A stretch of 64,000 bases of DNA from Macrostomum hystrix (lineage: Eukaryota > Animalia > Platyhelminthes): NCBI GenBank assembly GCA_950097015.1, contig CATNEN010000025.1, positions 5,642,001-5,706,000 of the forward strand, given 5' to 3'. Each line of letters begins with the position of its first letter. Within the stretch, counting starts at the first letter, position 1. The position numbers and the translations under genes were made by a program. The notes beneath the pieces were generated by a model. It searched no databases. It was not told the origin of the DNA and worked only from the letters and a program-made list of their open reading frames with translations. Positions 44,808-56,885 of the stretch are shown piece by piece.

Positions 44808-47800
44808 ATGGATCCGAACGAGTCTGATAATGCGTCCTTCGAGTCTTTCTCTGGCAGCGAGGATGGCAACGAAGGTCACGATTTTGATGACTTCGATGAC
44901 GAGTCAATCGTAGCTCAGGGCGAGCTGACTCTCGAAGATGACCCGCAGCTGAGCTCGCTACTGCCCAAGTCTTTTGATGCAAACTACCACGACGACGAGG
45001 AGGAAGGCGAATGCCAGGACGACGAAGGCGAAGATTCTGTCGAGACTGTGACTGCTGGCAAGTCTGAACCGCCTCTGAATGAAAGGCCTTCTGAATCTGT
45101 CTTGAATCCATCGCTTGACACACGAAAGAAGAAAAAGAGGTTTAATTTGGTTTGTGATTAAAATTATCCTATTTAGGAAACGCATTTTCTGCGTTCCCAC
45201 ACGTTTACATTTTATTTTCTTTTTTGCATCTGCAATTTCAGAATATATACAATATGTCTTGCGAATTGTAAATACGATGTTGGTAAGTCAAATTTGCATT
45301 TTTTTCTGCTTCTAGTGGAACAGAGATGAGATTGAGTCTTAATTTTGCAGTTCGCGACTGCGCCAGAAAGCTCGGCTTGAAGGAAGTTGACGAAGAAGAC
45401 GATTGGAATCTATTCTGGACTGACTTTGCCGTCTCAATGGATCGGGCCTGTGCAATGAAAAAATATCAGGTCTATTTTAAACGTTTTTTTCTGGCTTCTC
45501 GAGGCTAGGGCGAGGGCGAGGGCGAAGATTGATAAAGTTAATGACGGAAAGTGAGGAATAGAGAGATTATGGACATAAATACATCAAATATATAGAACGC
45601 GCGCAGGTGAGAAAGTCGATTGATAGAGTAAATTAATTGCTTTGATTATCAAAATTTCAGAAAATCAATCATTTCCCTGGCATGAGCGAAATCTGCCGCA
45701 AAGACTGTCTGGCCAGGAATCTGGGTCGCATGCGGCGCCTATTTCCCAAAGAGTTCAACATATCGCCGCGCACCTGGGTATTGCCGGCCGAGTGAGTGCG
45801 GGAGAGTGGGATTTGAAGATGAAATTTTGTGGATGGGATACAGAGTCTGAGATATTGTGGATGGGATACTGAGTCTGGGATATTGTGGATGGGATACAGA
45901 GTCTGGGATATTGTGGATGGGATACTGAGTCTGAGATATTGTGGGTGGGATAACTGAGTCTGAGATATTGTGGATGTGATACTGAGTCTGAGATATTGTG
46001 GGTGGGATAACTGAGTCTGAGATATTGTGGATGGGATAACTCAGTCTGAGATATTTTGGAAGGGATACAGAGTCTGGGATATTGTGGATGGGATAACTCA
46101 GTCTGAGATATTGTGGAGGGATACTGAGTCTGGGATATTGTGGATGGGATAACTCAGTCTGAGATATTGTGGATGGGATACTGTGGATGGGGTACAGAGT
46201 CTGGGATATTGTGGAAGGGATACAGGGTCTGGGATATTGTGGACGGGATACAGAGTCTGGGATATTGTGGAGGGATACTGAGTCTGGGATATTGTGGATG
46301 GGATAACTCAGTCTGAGATATTGTGGATGGGATAACTCAGTCTGAGATATTGTGGAAGGGATACAGAGTCTGGGATATTGTGGACGGGATACAGAGTCTG
46401 GGATATTGTGGAGGGATACTGAGTCTGGGATATTGTGGATGGGATAACTCAGTCTGAGATATTGTGGATGGGATACAGAGTCTGGGATACTGTGGATGGG
46501 GTACAGAGTCTGGGATATTGTGGAAGGGATACAGGGTCTGGGATATTGTGGACGGGATACAGAGTCTGGGATATTGTGGAGGGATACTGAGTCTGGGATA
46601 TTGTGGACGGGATACAGAGTCTGGGATATTGTGGACGGGATACAGAGTCTGGGATATTGTGGATGGGGTACAGAGTCTGGGATATTGTGGACGGGATGCA
46701 GATTCTGGGATATTGTGGACGGGATACAGAGTCTGGGATATTGTGGAGGGATACTGAGTCTGGGATATTGTGACGGGATACAGAGTCTGGGATATTGTGG
46801 ACGGGATACAGAGTCTGGGATATTGTGGATGGGGTACAGAGTCTGGGATACTGTGGATGGGGTACAGAGTCTGGGATACTGTGGATGGGGTACAGGGTCT
46901 GGGATATTGTGGACGGGATGCAGATTCTGGGATATTGTGGACGGGATACAGAGTCTGGGATATTGTGGATGGGGTACAGAGTCTGGGATATTGTGGACGG
47001 GATACCGAGTCTGGGATATTGTGGATGGGATACAGAGTCTGGGATATTGTGGAAGGGATACAGGGTCTGGGATATTGTGGAAGGGATACAGAGTCTGGGA
47101 TATTGTGGATGAGATACAGAGTCTGGGATATTGTGGATGGGTTACAGAGTCTGGGATATTGTGGAAGGGATACAGAGTCTGCGTTATTGTGGAAGGGATA
47201 CAGGGTCTGGGATATTGTGGAAGGGATACAGAGTCTGGGATATTGTGGATGGGATACAGAGTCTGGGATATTGTGGAAGGGATACAGAGTCTGGGATATT
47301 GTGGATGGGTTACAGAGTCTGGGATATTGTGGAAGGGATACAGAGTCTGGGATATTGTGGATGGGATACAGAGTTTGGGATATTGTGGATGGGAAACTGA
47401 GTCTGGGATATTGTGGATGGGGTACAGAGTCTGGGATTTTGTGGATGGGGTACAGAGTCTGGGATATTGTGGATGGGATACAGAGTCTGGGATTTTGTGG
47501 ATGGGGTACAGAGTCTGGGATATTGTGGATGGGGTACAGAGTCTGAGTGGAGTGGTACTGAAGTCAGTATATTTTTGTTCCAGTCAGTCTTGCTAGAACA
47601 TTGTGCATGAAAAGTTAGGGTAGTAAAATATTCCGTCTGAAGATGATAGATAAGTGTTATGTGTGCTGTAGAAGTGTAGGCCTATCCAATTATAAAGTAA
47701 GCACTCAAATATATAAAAATCTCATTTCATTCTCTAACGACTTAAACACGCACCTGTCGTGAACTGTCTTTGAAGTAATTAAAGAAAACTTCAGAGAACG

Positions 47801-50800
47801 AAAAAAATCTTCATTTATTGCTGTTTCCATTGTTTATCAGTTTCGAAGTTTTTTTTTCAATTGAGGCCGAAAATGAGTTTTTTCGAAGCTCTACAAAACG
47901 GCTCATTGTGCCGGTGGAAAACCCCTTTCAGAGAGAGATCGAAAGAAAAAGATGGCAACAGAAGGCTAGAGAGCTGAAAAGCTCAGAACAGAAACTGCAG
48001 CATACAGATTATATTTCACAGAGAGAGAGAGAGAGAGAGAGAGAGCAAAGTTTAGGCAGTTTAGGCAGATAATATGCTGCTTAAGTTAAATCTCTATCCT
48101 GTCATATTCTCTAATTTTCTCGAACTCGAACAAAACCAGGTGTTGAGCACGTCCAGAATGGTTTACAGTCTAATTACAGGGAAATTGAGCAGTCTGTATA
48201 GCTTTGGGGTCGTGTGGGACACAGCGGTGGTCATCGAATAGGCGCGAATTAATAGCGGGGTCTCTCCGGAGGGGGTCTACCCTACTACTCCAATATACTA
48301 TTCATTCTCTATCTATCAAATTTTCTTACATAAAGTACTATGAGTATATTTTTGCTAAGAAAAGCAAACAGCATACGCCGACACGGAAAGTGCGTCGAGC
48401 AAGACTGTAAAATGCTTGCGGTAGAAATCTTGAACAAACAGAATTTCACTAACAGATCTTCAGATTTAGGTTAGACTTTTATGTGCTTACGTTTTGTGGT
48501 CGCTAATTTCTCTTTTTGTTTGTTCAAAATTTTTGGCCGTTGTAAAAATGTGCTGAATCAATTTTTCTCTCTTTCTATTAAATCGTTTGTGGAGACGTAT
48601 GTCAAACTTTGGGATATTTCGACCTTGGGATATTTCGACCTTGGGATATTTCGACCTTGGAAGCCTTAGATGTTTTCGAATTTAGGTTTTTTATTTTGAA
48701 TATATCAAACTAACGCACAGATCCATATAAAACTGAAATAAAATTTTTCAGCTACTCGGACCTGCAGGCCTACGCCAGATCTCGCAAGCATCGTACTTAT
48801 ATTTTGAAGCCGGACGCTGGTTGTCAGGGACGCGGCATCTGGTTCACCCGCAGCGTCAAGGATATCAGGCCGACTGACAATCAGGTCTGCCAGCTCTATG
48901 TGTCAAAGGTGAGCATATCGACTCATGCTCAGATCCTTCTCGTGCTCATATCCTTCTCGTGCTCAGACCCTTCTCATGCTCAGATCCTTCTCATTCTCCT
49001 TCTCATGCTCAGATCCTTCTCATTCTCCTTCTCATGCTCAGATCCTTCTCATTCTCCTTCTCATGCTCAGATCCTTCTCATTCTCCTTCTCATGCTCAGA
49101 TCCTTCTCGTGCTCATATCCTTCTCGTGCTCAGATCATTGTCGTGCTCAGACCCTTCTCATGCTCAGATCCTTCTCATTCTCCTTCTCATGCTCAGATCC
49201 TTCTCATGCTCCTTCTCATGCTCAGATCCTTCTCATTCTCCTTCTCATGCTCAGATCCTTCTCATTCTCCTTCTCATGCTCAGATCCTTCTCATTCTCCT
49301 TCTCATGCTCAGATCCTTCTCGTGCTCATATCCTTCTCGTGCTCAGATCATTGTCATGCTCAGACCCTTCTCATGCTCAGATCCTTCTCATTCTCCTTCT
49401 CATGCTCAGATCCTTCTCGTGCTCAGATTCTTTTCGTGCTCAGATCCTTCTCATGCTCAGATCCTTCTCGTGCTCAGATCCTTTTCGTGCTCAGATCCTT
49501 CACATGCTCAGATCCTTCTCATTCAGATTTCTATTTAAAGAAACTATAAGCCAGCCCACTTAAACAAAATTCCCAGCATCTAGAATCCCAATTCAACAGC
49601 ATGTGACGCCAGCTGGGCCACTTGTAAACAAATCCTAAATTTTCGTTTGTTTGCTTTCTTTCTCGCAGCCGACGTGATTGCATGCTGCATCGGCCTGTGA
49701 GAACTCTCCCAGGAACAATGTACTTTTTGTTAGCCTTAAGTCACTGCAATCATTGCTAGCTATTTTCTGCTTTGCAGCTGTAATTGGCCATGTTGGGACA
49801 ATTTTTTTCTTTCAGCCATTCCTAATTGACGGATTCAAGTTCGACTTGCGTGTCTATGCTCTGGTTACGAGCTGCGATCCGTTTAGAATCTTTGTTTTCA
49901 AAGACGGCCTGGCTAGATTTACCACAGTCAAGTATAGAGATCCCACAGCGGCTAATCTGGTGAGCTTTGGCTGGCATTCTTTGGACCCTGGGGGTTGGGG
50001 CTGGGTACGTGTTGGTGCTGGGGTGTTGGGGCTGGGGTGTTGGGGCTGGGGTGTTGGGGCTGGGGTGTTGGGGCTGGGGTGTTGGTGCTGGGGTGTTGGG
50101 GCTGGGGTGTTGGGGCTGGGGTGTTGGGGCTGGGGTGTTGGGGCTGGGGTGTTGGTGCTGGGGTGTTGGGGCTGGGGTGTTGGGGCTGGGGTATTGGGGC
50201 TGGGGTGTTGGGGCTGGGGTGTTGGGGCTGGGGTGTTGGTGCTGGGGTGTTGGGGCTGGGGTGTTGGGGCTGGGGTGTTGGTGCTGGGGTGTTGGGGCTG
50301 GGGTGTTGGGGCTGGGGTGTTGGGGCTGGGGTGTTGGGGCTGGGGTGTTGGGGCTGGGGTGTTGGGGCTGGGGTGTTGGTGCTGGGGTGTTGGGGCTGGG
50401 GTGTTGGGGCTGGGGTGTTGGGGCTGGGGTGTTGGGGCTGGGGTGTTGGTGCTCGGGTGTTGGGGCTGGGGTGTTGGTGCTGGGGTGTTGGGGCTGGGGT
50501 GTTGGGGCAGGGGTGTTGGGGCTGGGGTGTTGGGGCTGGGGTGTTGGGGCTGGGGTGTTGGTGCTGGGGTGTTGGGGCTGGGTTGTTGGGGCTGGGATGT
50601 TAGCACTTAACACTTATCTCAATTATTAAATTAAACTAATGTTAAGAAAAACATATTTTTTTTCAAAACTTCTCAGGACAATGTATTTATGCACCTGACC
50701 AACTACGCGGTGCAAAAGAATTGCCGTGATTTCGTTCGCGACAATGAGGAAGGCGGAACTAAAAGGTGTGGCACACCTCTTGCTCATAATCATTCCAATA

Positions 50801-53528
50801 AACCGCTATTCCTCTCACCCTCCGCGTACATTTGAAAATTTCTAATCGGTTGTCAGGCGAATCTCTACAGTCAACCGTTGGCTGGCTAGCAACGGATACG
50901 ATGTAGCTAAACTGTGGTCAGATATTGATGACGTCATCATCAAGACAGTCCTGTCCGCGCACGGCGTCCTTCGGCACAATTACCGCAGCTGCTTCCCGGA
51001 TGCTGCGCCGGCGACCTCCGCCTGCTTTGAAATTCTCGGCTTCGACATCATTCTGGACAGGAATCTGAAGCCTATAGTTCTCGAGGTTTGCGCTTTTTCG
51101 ATTGTCGGGATCTGAATCTGGGATCTGAATCTAGTGGGATCTGAATCTAGTGGGATCTGAATCTAGTGGGATCTGAATCTAGTGGGATCTGAATCTAGTG
51201 GGATCTGAATCTGGTGGGATCTGAATCTAGTGGGATCTGAATCTGGGATCTGAATCTAGTGGGATCTGAATCTAGTGGGATCTGAATCTGGTGGGATCTG
51301 AATCTAGTGGGATCTGAATCTGGGATCTGAATCTAGTGGGATCTGAATCTGGGATCTGAATCTGAGATCTGAATCTGGGATCTGAATCTAGTGGGATCTG
51401 AATCTGGGATCTGAATCTGGGATCTGAATCTGGGATCTGAATCTAGTGGGATCTGAATCTAGGATCTGAATCTGGGATCTGAATCTGGGATCTGCATCTA
51501 GTGGGATCTGCATCTAGTGGGATCTGAATCTGGTGATAAGTGAAATAAGTGAAAAAGTTGAATCTCATAGCATTCGCATATCTAAAAAAAGCTCACAAAA
51601 GCTGCTCGTAATAAAAACCAATACAATCGAACCTTGTTAAACTGCTCAAAGAAAATGCATAAAGCGGAGGTCCATTCAACAGCAAACCCTGAAACGACAG
51701 GCTCAGGGTTTGTAGGTCAAAGTGGGGCCCAAAATGCTTAGACTCCAGCAATGCCCTCAGATACAAGGATAGAGACTTCCTGATTGGCGTGCAATTTCAT
51801 CCTCCTTTTAAAGAAGGCTTGCTTTTCTTTCTCTTCTCTTTTCTTAAACTCCCCCCCCGCATTGACTTCCTTGCCTGAGCACTAGCTGCGTATACTCACG
51901 GAGTAGAAGACAGACAGACAGACAGACAGCTCCATTATTTGGCAAATGCTTAAGCACCGTTGCAAACCAACGCCTCATCATAAGCTCAACCAGAGCCTTA
52001 GCAACGACACATTTGAGCACCCAGCGCTGGCTAAAGTACACAATCAGCTGTCAGTTCGCAGTTTGCATTATTGTAGGATAGGGCAATAAATATGGCAATA
52101 AAAATGCTCAACATTCCTGAACTATTTTGAGTCCCGGAAAAGCGAGGCTTTCCACTCAGTCACTCCACTTTTTCCCCCCAGTTTCGTCAAACAGAGTGGG
52201 ATTTCATTGTCGTAGGAGCAGCAGCAGCATCTCAGGGTTGAATGCTTTCTGTTTGTTTGCTATCGTTTTGAGTTCGATTGTTCTACTGGCATTGCTGCAT
52301 CATGTTAGGGACTCGGATTTCTCTTTGAATCCAATTCTGCTCAATCTCAGCTGGCAAAATCACCCGATCGCTGTCTCTCGTATTCTAAACGCTTACACCC
52401 GCTTAAAATTCCCCAGGTAAATCATAGCCCTTCATTCAGCACAGATTCTCAGCTAGATGTCGACATCAAATCCGCGTTAATCTGGGATACCTTGCGGCTA
52501 GTCAACATTGGCGCCATCGACAAGCGCAAAGCGATGGAAGAGGAGCGACGGAAAGCGCGGGACCGCCTGTTTCAACGGGGCAGCCGGCGAGATACCAGGT
52601 GACACTGGTCACCTTAACTGACCTAATATAGCCCTGATCAACTGTGAAGCAACCTGCCATTGACACCCGCCTCGCACCCTGCCCCTGATAACATCCACCT
52701 CACACTTTGCCTCGAAAACACCCCACCCCACACCCTGTCGCCGATAACACCCCACACCCTGCCTCCGTTAACACCCGCCTCACACACTTTCCCCGATAAC
52801 ACCCACCTCACACCCTGTCCACGATAACACCCGCCTCACACCCTGTCCCCGATAACACCCACCTCACGCCCTGTCCCCAATAATACCCGCCTCACACCCT
52901 GTCCACGATAACACCCACCTCACGCCCTGTACCCGATAACACACGCCTCCCACCCTGTCCCAGATAACACCCGCCTCACACCCTGTCCCCAATAATACCC
53001 GCCTAACACCCTGTCCCCGATAACACCCACCTCATGCCCTGTCCCCAATAATACCCGCCTCACACCCTGTCCCCAATAATACCCGCCTAACACCCTGTCC
53101 CCGATAACACCCAACCCTCCTAAAGCCCTGGCCGGATCGATTGTTTCCAACTAGTGATCCATGCCATCTTTAAGTCTACCACTATCCGCTAGTCACATTC
53201 TTTCTCTGCCACCCATATCTTTAGAGAGGACTCGGAGCGAGACTCGGCCCAATCAGTTGAAGCTCTCAAGCGCTACGAAGACGCTCATCTGGGCAATTAT
53301 CGTCGGATCTATCCGCCAGAAGACGGCCAGCCGGATCGCTACGAGCGCTACCTCACCCAAGCTGGCTCGATCTATCACGAGACTGCGGCTGCTAGGGCCA
53401 GGGCTGACTGCGCCAGACAGCTCAGACGAGAACTGGAACGAAAATGGGCCGAGGAGCGAGAGATCGCTAGTAGGCAGCAACAACAGCAGCAGCAGACTAG
53501 TAATGCTGTGTCAAAGCGAAAGCCTTTA

Positions 53529-53560
<32 letters not shown>

Positions 53561-54537
53561 AGCCAGACCAGAGAGTCCGACCGACTCATCGTCTGCTGCG
53601 GGGTCGGTGAGAGGCAAAGCGAAGCGGCCAACACCAACCCAGCATACGCCGCCTCTGCCACCGCACCGGTCGCTTCGCATGACTAAACGCGCGGCCACCA
53701 GCTACTCGCTGGCGTCTAGAGAGGTTGGAAAATAAAATATTTAAGTGCCTTCTTCCTACACTACTTATTAAGTAGCGCTTAAAGAAAATAGCTTTTTACT
53801 ACTTTATGAAAACTAACGTTGAGTACTATCTTCAGTACTCTATTAAGTAGTATTTAGTGAGTTCTGTCACGAGTTGCATCTGTATCGAGTGGGATCTGTA
53901 TCAATTGGGATCTGTATAGAGTTGGATCTGTATAGATTGGGATTTGTATAGATTGGGATATGTATAGATTGGAATCTGTATAGTTGAATCTGTGAAACAG
54001 AATGGGGATCCTTGGATATCACTCGACCACTGCCACCGTCGCCGTCGTCAGGCCGCTCGCGAGCGCAGCGAGGCGGAGCTGCAGCAGCGCAGCGCGGCGG
54101 ACACAACCCGGCCGCAGCCGATCCTTGACGAAGAAGAGATCGAGCGCCTCTCTGGTTTGCTCCAGCGTGACAGCCTGCTGAGAAGCATGGGCATCACGGA
54201 GCTGGTCTACCGGATGCTGCACTGCACCCCTGGCACAATGGCCTCGGTTGCTCCGGTAAGCCAGCTACCCGCCCTGGCCAAGACTGCGACTTCATCAACT
54301 GGAGCCAGTATGCGCTCGGCCAGGCTGCAACAGCAGCAGATGGTGATGCTGATGCAGCTGCAGCGGCAGGCGACTGCGCCGGAGCTGCCGGCTGCCACCG
54401 TGTCGGGGTTTGGTCGAAGTGGTCCTGGTAAGAGTCAGAAATCATATAGAATGTTTTGTATAGAGAAGCCTTATAAATTCTAAATCAAATTAAAAATCCA
54501 ATCAAATGCAGACAACCGCGGCGCTACAATAGTCTAT

Positions 54538-54575
<38 letters not shown>

Positions 54576-54897
54576 CTCTAAGTCATCAATCGTTGCAGCC
54601 AGTCGACTTTTTCCAAATCTGACGCATCATCAGCAGCAGCAGCAGCAGCAGGTCCCACCGCAGACGCAAACTGGCGTCCTGCCGCCACAAGCGCAGTTAA
54701 TTCGCAGCTCAGCAGCAGCACCCGCGGTGCCTCTCACCGTCATTTCCGCGCCAGCGCCAGTGGCCTCGAGAGCCACCACGGGCGAACCACAGCAGCAGCA
54801 GCAGCAGCAGCAGCAAATCCAAAGCAGTCGGCCGAAAAAACTGCGCGGAAACAGCGAAAGCTTCGAGCGTCAGGGCACTGAGCTCATTATTCGATGA
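44808..54897 (+). CDS. TTLL6: Tubulin polyglutamylase TTLL6/TTLL13-like; join(44808..45139,45242..45282,45351..45469,45661..45791,48752..48908,49816..49959,50677..50765,50857..51085,52417..52598,53225..53723,54001..54427,54512..54897)
   Basis: CLANCKYDVVR, DWNLFWTD, QKINHFPGMSEICRKD, TWVLPADY, YILKPDAGCQGRGI, PFLIDGFKFDLRVYALVTSCDP, GLARFTT, MHLTNYAVQK, CFEILGFDIILD..LKPIVLEVNHSPSFSTDS, HLGNYRRIYP. All 11 introns GT-AG and phase-consistent. TTLL6 vs TTLL13 orthology is not resolvable by eye. Confidence 0.93.
45825..47550. repeat. Minisatellite, 28-bp unit gatacagagtctgggatattgtggatgg, TTLL intron 4
   Basis: Starts ~33 nt after donor 45792. Confidence 0.98.
48922..49525. repeat. Compound minisatellite catgctcagatccttct (17 bp) + cattctccttct (12 bp), TTLL intron 5
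   Basis: Starts ~13 nt after donor 48909. Confidence 0.96.
49988..50595. repeat. G-rich minisatellite, 14-bp unit tggggctggggtgt, TTLL intron 6
   Basis: Starts ~28 nt after donor 49960; G4 runs on the sense strand. Confidence 0.98.
51105..51535. repeat. Minisatellite, 13/16-bp unit gggatctgaatct(agt), TTLL intron 8
   Basis: Starts ~19 nt after donor 51086. Confidence 0.97.
52660..53110. repeat. Minisatellite, 28-bp unit cccgataacacccacctcacaccctgtc, TTLL intron 9
   Basis: Starts ~60 nt after donor 52599. Confidence 0.93.
53880..53992. repeat. Short 16-bp repeat gggatctgtatagatt, TTLL intron 10
   Basis: Ends ~8 nt before acceptor 54000. Confidence 0.85.
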
Positions 54898-55246
54898 GCA
54901 TAATTGAAAGCATTTGTCTGATGTAGCTAGATTTTATATTTTTTTAAAGAATTTTTATATTGTTTGCTAAACTCTTTCTTGTTCAAAAAAATATATCTTA
55001 TCTAATAAAATAAAATAATCAAATATATAGTTCTATTATCAACTGAAGAAAAAAATTTTACTTAGTAAATTTTGGTGCATGTGTCTTCAAAAAGTGACGC
55101 TTCGTTTTTTATAATATGCCGCAAGAATAAGATGCTTCAATAAATATTTAGTAAAAAAATTATAGCATACGGCAAAATATGAACTTGAAAAATAAAATAA
55201 AAATGAAATAAACAACTTTTAGTATAAATTTATTTTTACAGAGACA

Positions 55247-55388
55247 GCGCGTGGTGAGGTGCGCAAGAGTGACGTAAGTCAACAACCCCCCAGGCTTAGC
55301 GAGCCGGTGGGCGGTGCACCCACCCCGGACTATAGGCGGCCGGGGGTTGAGTATGAATGCACCAGAAAACCGCTCTGCGTCCAGGCCT
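55247..55388. ncRNA. Candidate structured ncRNA / conserved GC-rich element, copy B (between TTLL and Rabaptin-5)
   Basis: Homologous to 20061-20197; folds as a multi-hairpin junction; TATAAA at 55223. Confidence 0.45.
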
Positions 55389-56885
55389 ATTGCTATACGT
55401 ATATAGATTGCGCTGGCATATATTGCCTTTGACCATATAGAAACGTTTTCTCAACTCTCAAGCCTTTAAACTTATATTCGTGCTACAATAATTATTTTCT
55501 TTAGCTGCAACAGGCAAATTTAATTTTATGTCGCTCTCAAAAAAATAGCGAAACCACACTGCACTGCTCATGTCGATTAAATCGTTAAGTGTCTGAATTA
55601 ATGCAACGCAGGGTTAGTACTTAGTAGCAGCTACTATTTTATGTTCACGATAATAAAAAGAACTTGATCAAGTATGAGCAATGTAATTTTAACAACCTCA
55701 TTTTAACAAGAATACACAACTGTTCTAAAGGCCTAAATGTTTACAAATATCTTTTTTAGCGCCAAGTAATTGATGAAGTCGTTTTCTGCTAACTTGACCA
55801 GCTTAAAACCAAAAAATATCTACAACTTCTGTAAGGATGCTTTATTTCAACAATGATCTACGAGTATTTCATTGAAAAAACGGGTTGTAGCGTATCTCAC
55901 GACATGAATGAAATGTTAATTAATGTGCTGTCAAGTATTCATTTCACCTCATGCATGTCCTTTATCGGCGCAGTAATTTCGCTGTAAATATGTGGGTTGA
56001 TTAATTGATTTGCTTTGTAACTACTACGATTGGTGTTTACAACTTGTTATTACAGTCTTGCAACTTCAAAACAGGCATATTATACTTGGTTAGCGATTTG
56101 GCAATCAAAATAGTTACAAGATTTTAAAGCACAGCGCTTTTTATGAAAATATTTATTATCTTTTGTCTAAGACTTACATAGACATTCTCTAAGTCTAATA
56201 GACCAAACTTTTGCCATGTAAAATGTAAATTGTTAGATCCCCCTAATGAGAGAGAGAGTAAGATGCAGGCAGTTTTCTCTCTGAAGAAGTTTACTTGAAT
56301 ATCTACAGCTGTGTTTGTGTTTGTACACCTGGAAAGTGTTTTTGTTAAATTTAGCTTTTTAGAGTTTAGATATTTTATTTTTATGATATGATTAAAATAC
56401 AAACCATTGTATTACTCACCTACTGCATTTTGTACATATTTTTTAAGACTAGCTATTGAGATAGCAAACTATTTCAGTATTTATTTGGTTGAACATTGAT
56501 AAAATTGTGCTTTTATTGTTAAGTGGTTAAGGATTGATTTCTTAAAGTACTTAAAGGTGTTTTTAGTTGCCTATGGAGTTGGGTAGGCCTAATGCCCTAG
56601 GCCTAGATATATTTATAATTGAATCAACATTTTGCTAGACATTGCCTATATATATTTGCATTTTATTTTGTATAAAAGCTACAAGAAAGAGAAAAGCATT
56701 TATAAGCTATGTCTTGCTAATTTCTATTAAAATTATATAGTTTTATCTGAAAAACAAATCATAATTTTCTAATAGCAGAACTTCTTAACTCCAATTAAGA
56801 ATTACACCATAAAACATTATGGAAGGTCAGTACTAGTGTAAAAACAATTTTTTTCCAATTCTTTGCAGGGAATTCTGATTCTCTA

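Noticed and set aside
46464-50629. Repeat ORFs (GYRVWDIVDG, LRSFSCSDPS, GCWGWGVGAGVL)
   Set aside because: They lie inside TTLL introns defined by conserved flanking exons.
51680-51715. Hairpin aaaccctg...cagggttt (and cgagagt...actctcg at ~17300)
   Set aside because: Single short stems without a second copy or covariation; expected by chance.
52127-52420. 97-aa ORF with a hydrophobic stretch in TTLL intron 8
   Set aside because: It overlaps the acceptor of exon 9 in another frame and has no supporting homology; likely intronic.
55247-55388. Assignment of the structured element to telomerase RNA, HDV, twister, pistol, 7SK or tRNA
   Set aside because: No conserved CTAACCC template, no HDV J4/2 C or L3, no twister pseudoknot complement, no 7SK GATC pair and no TTCRA T-loop. 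The short matches (GGCTAGGCGG, AGGTGCAA, CTAAGC) are compatible with chance.
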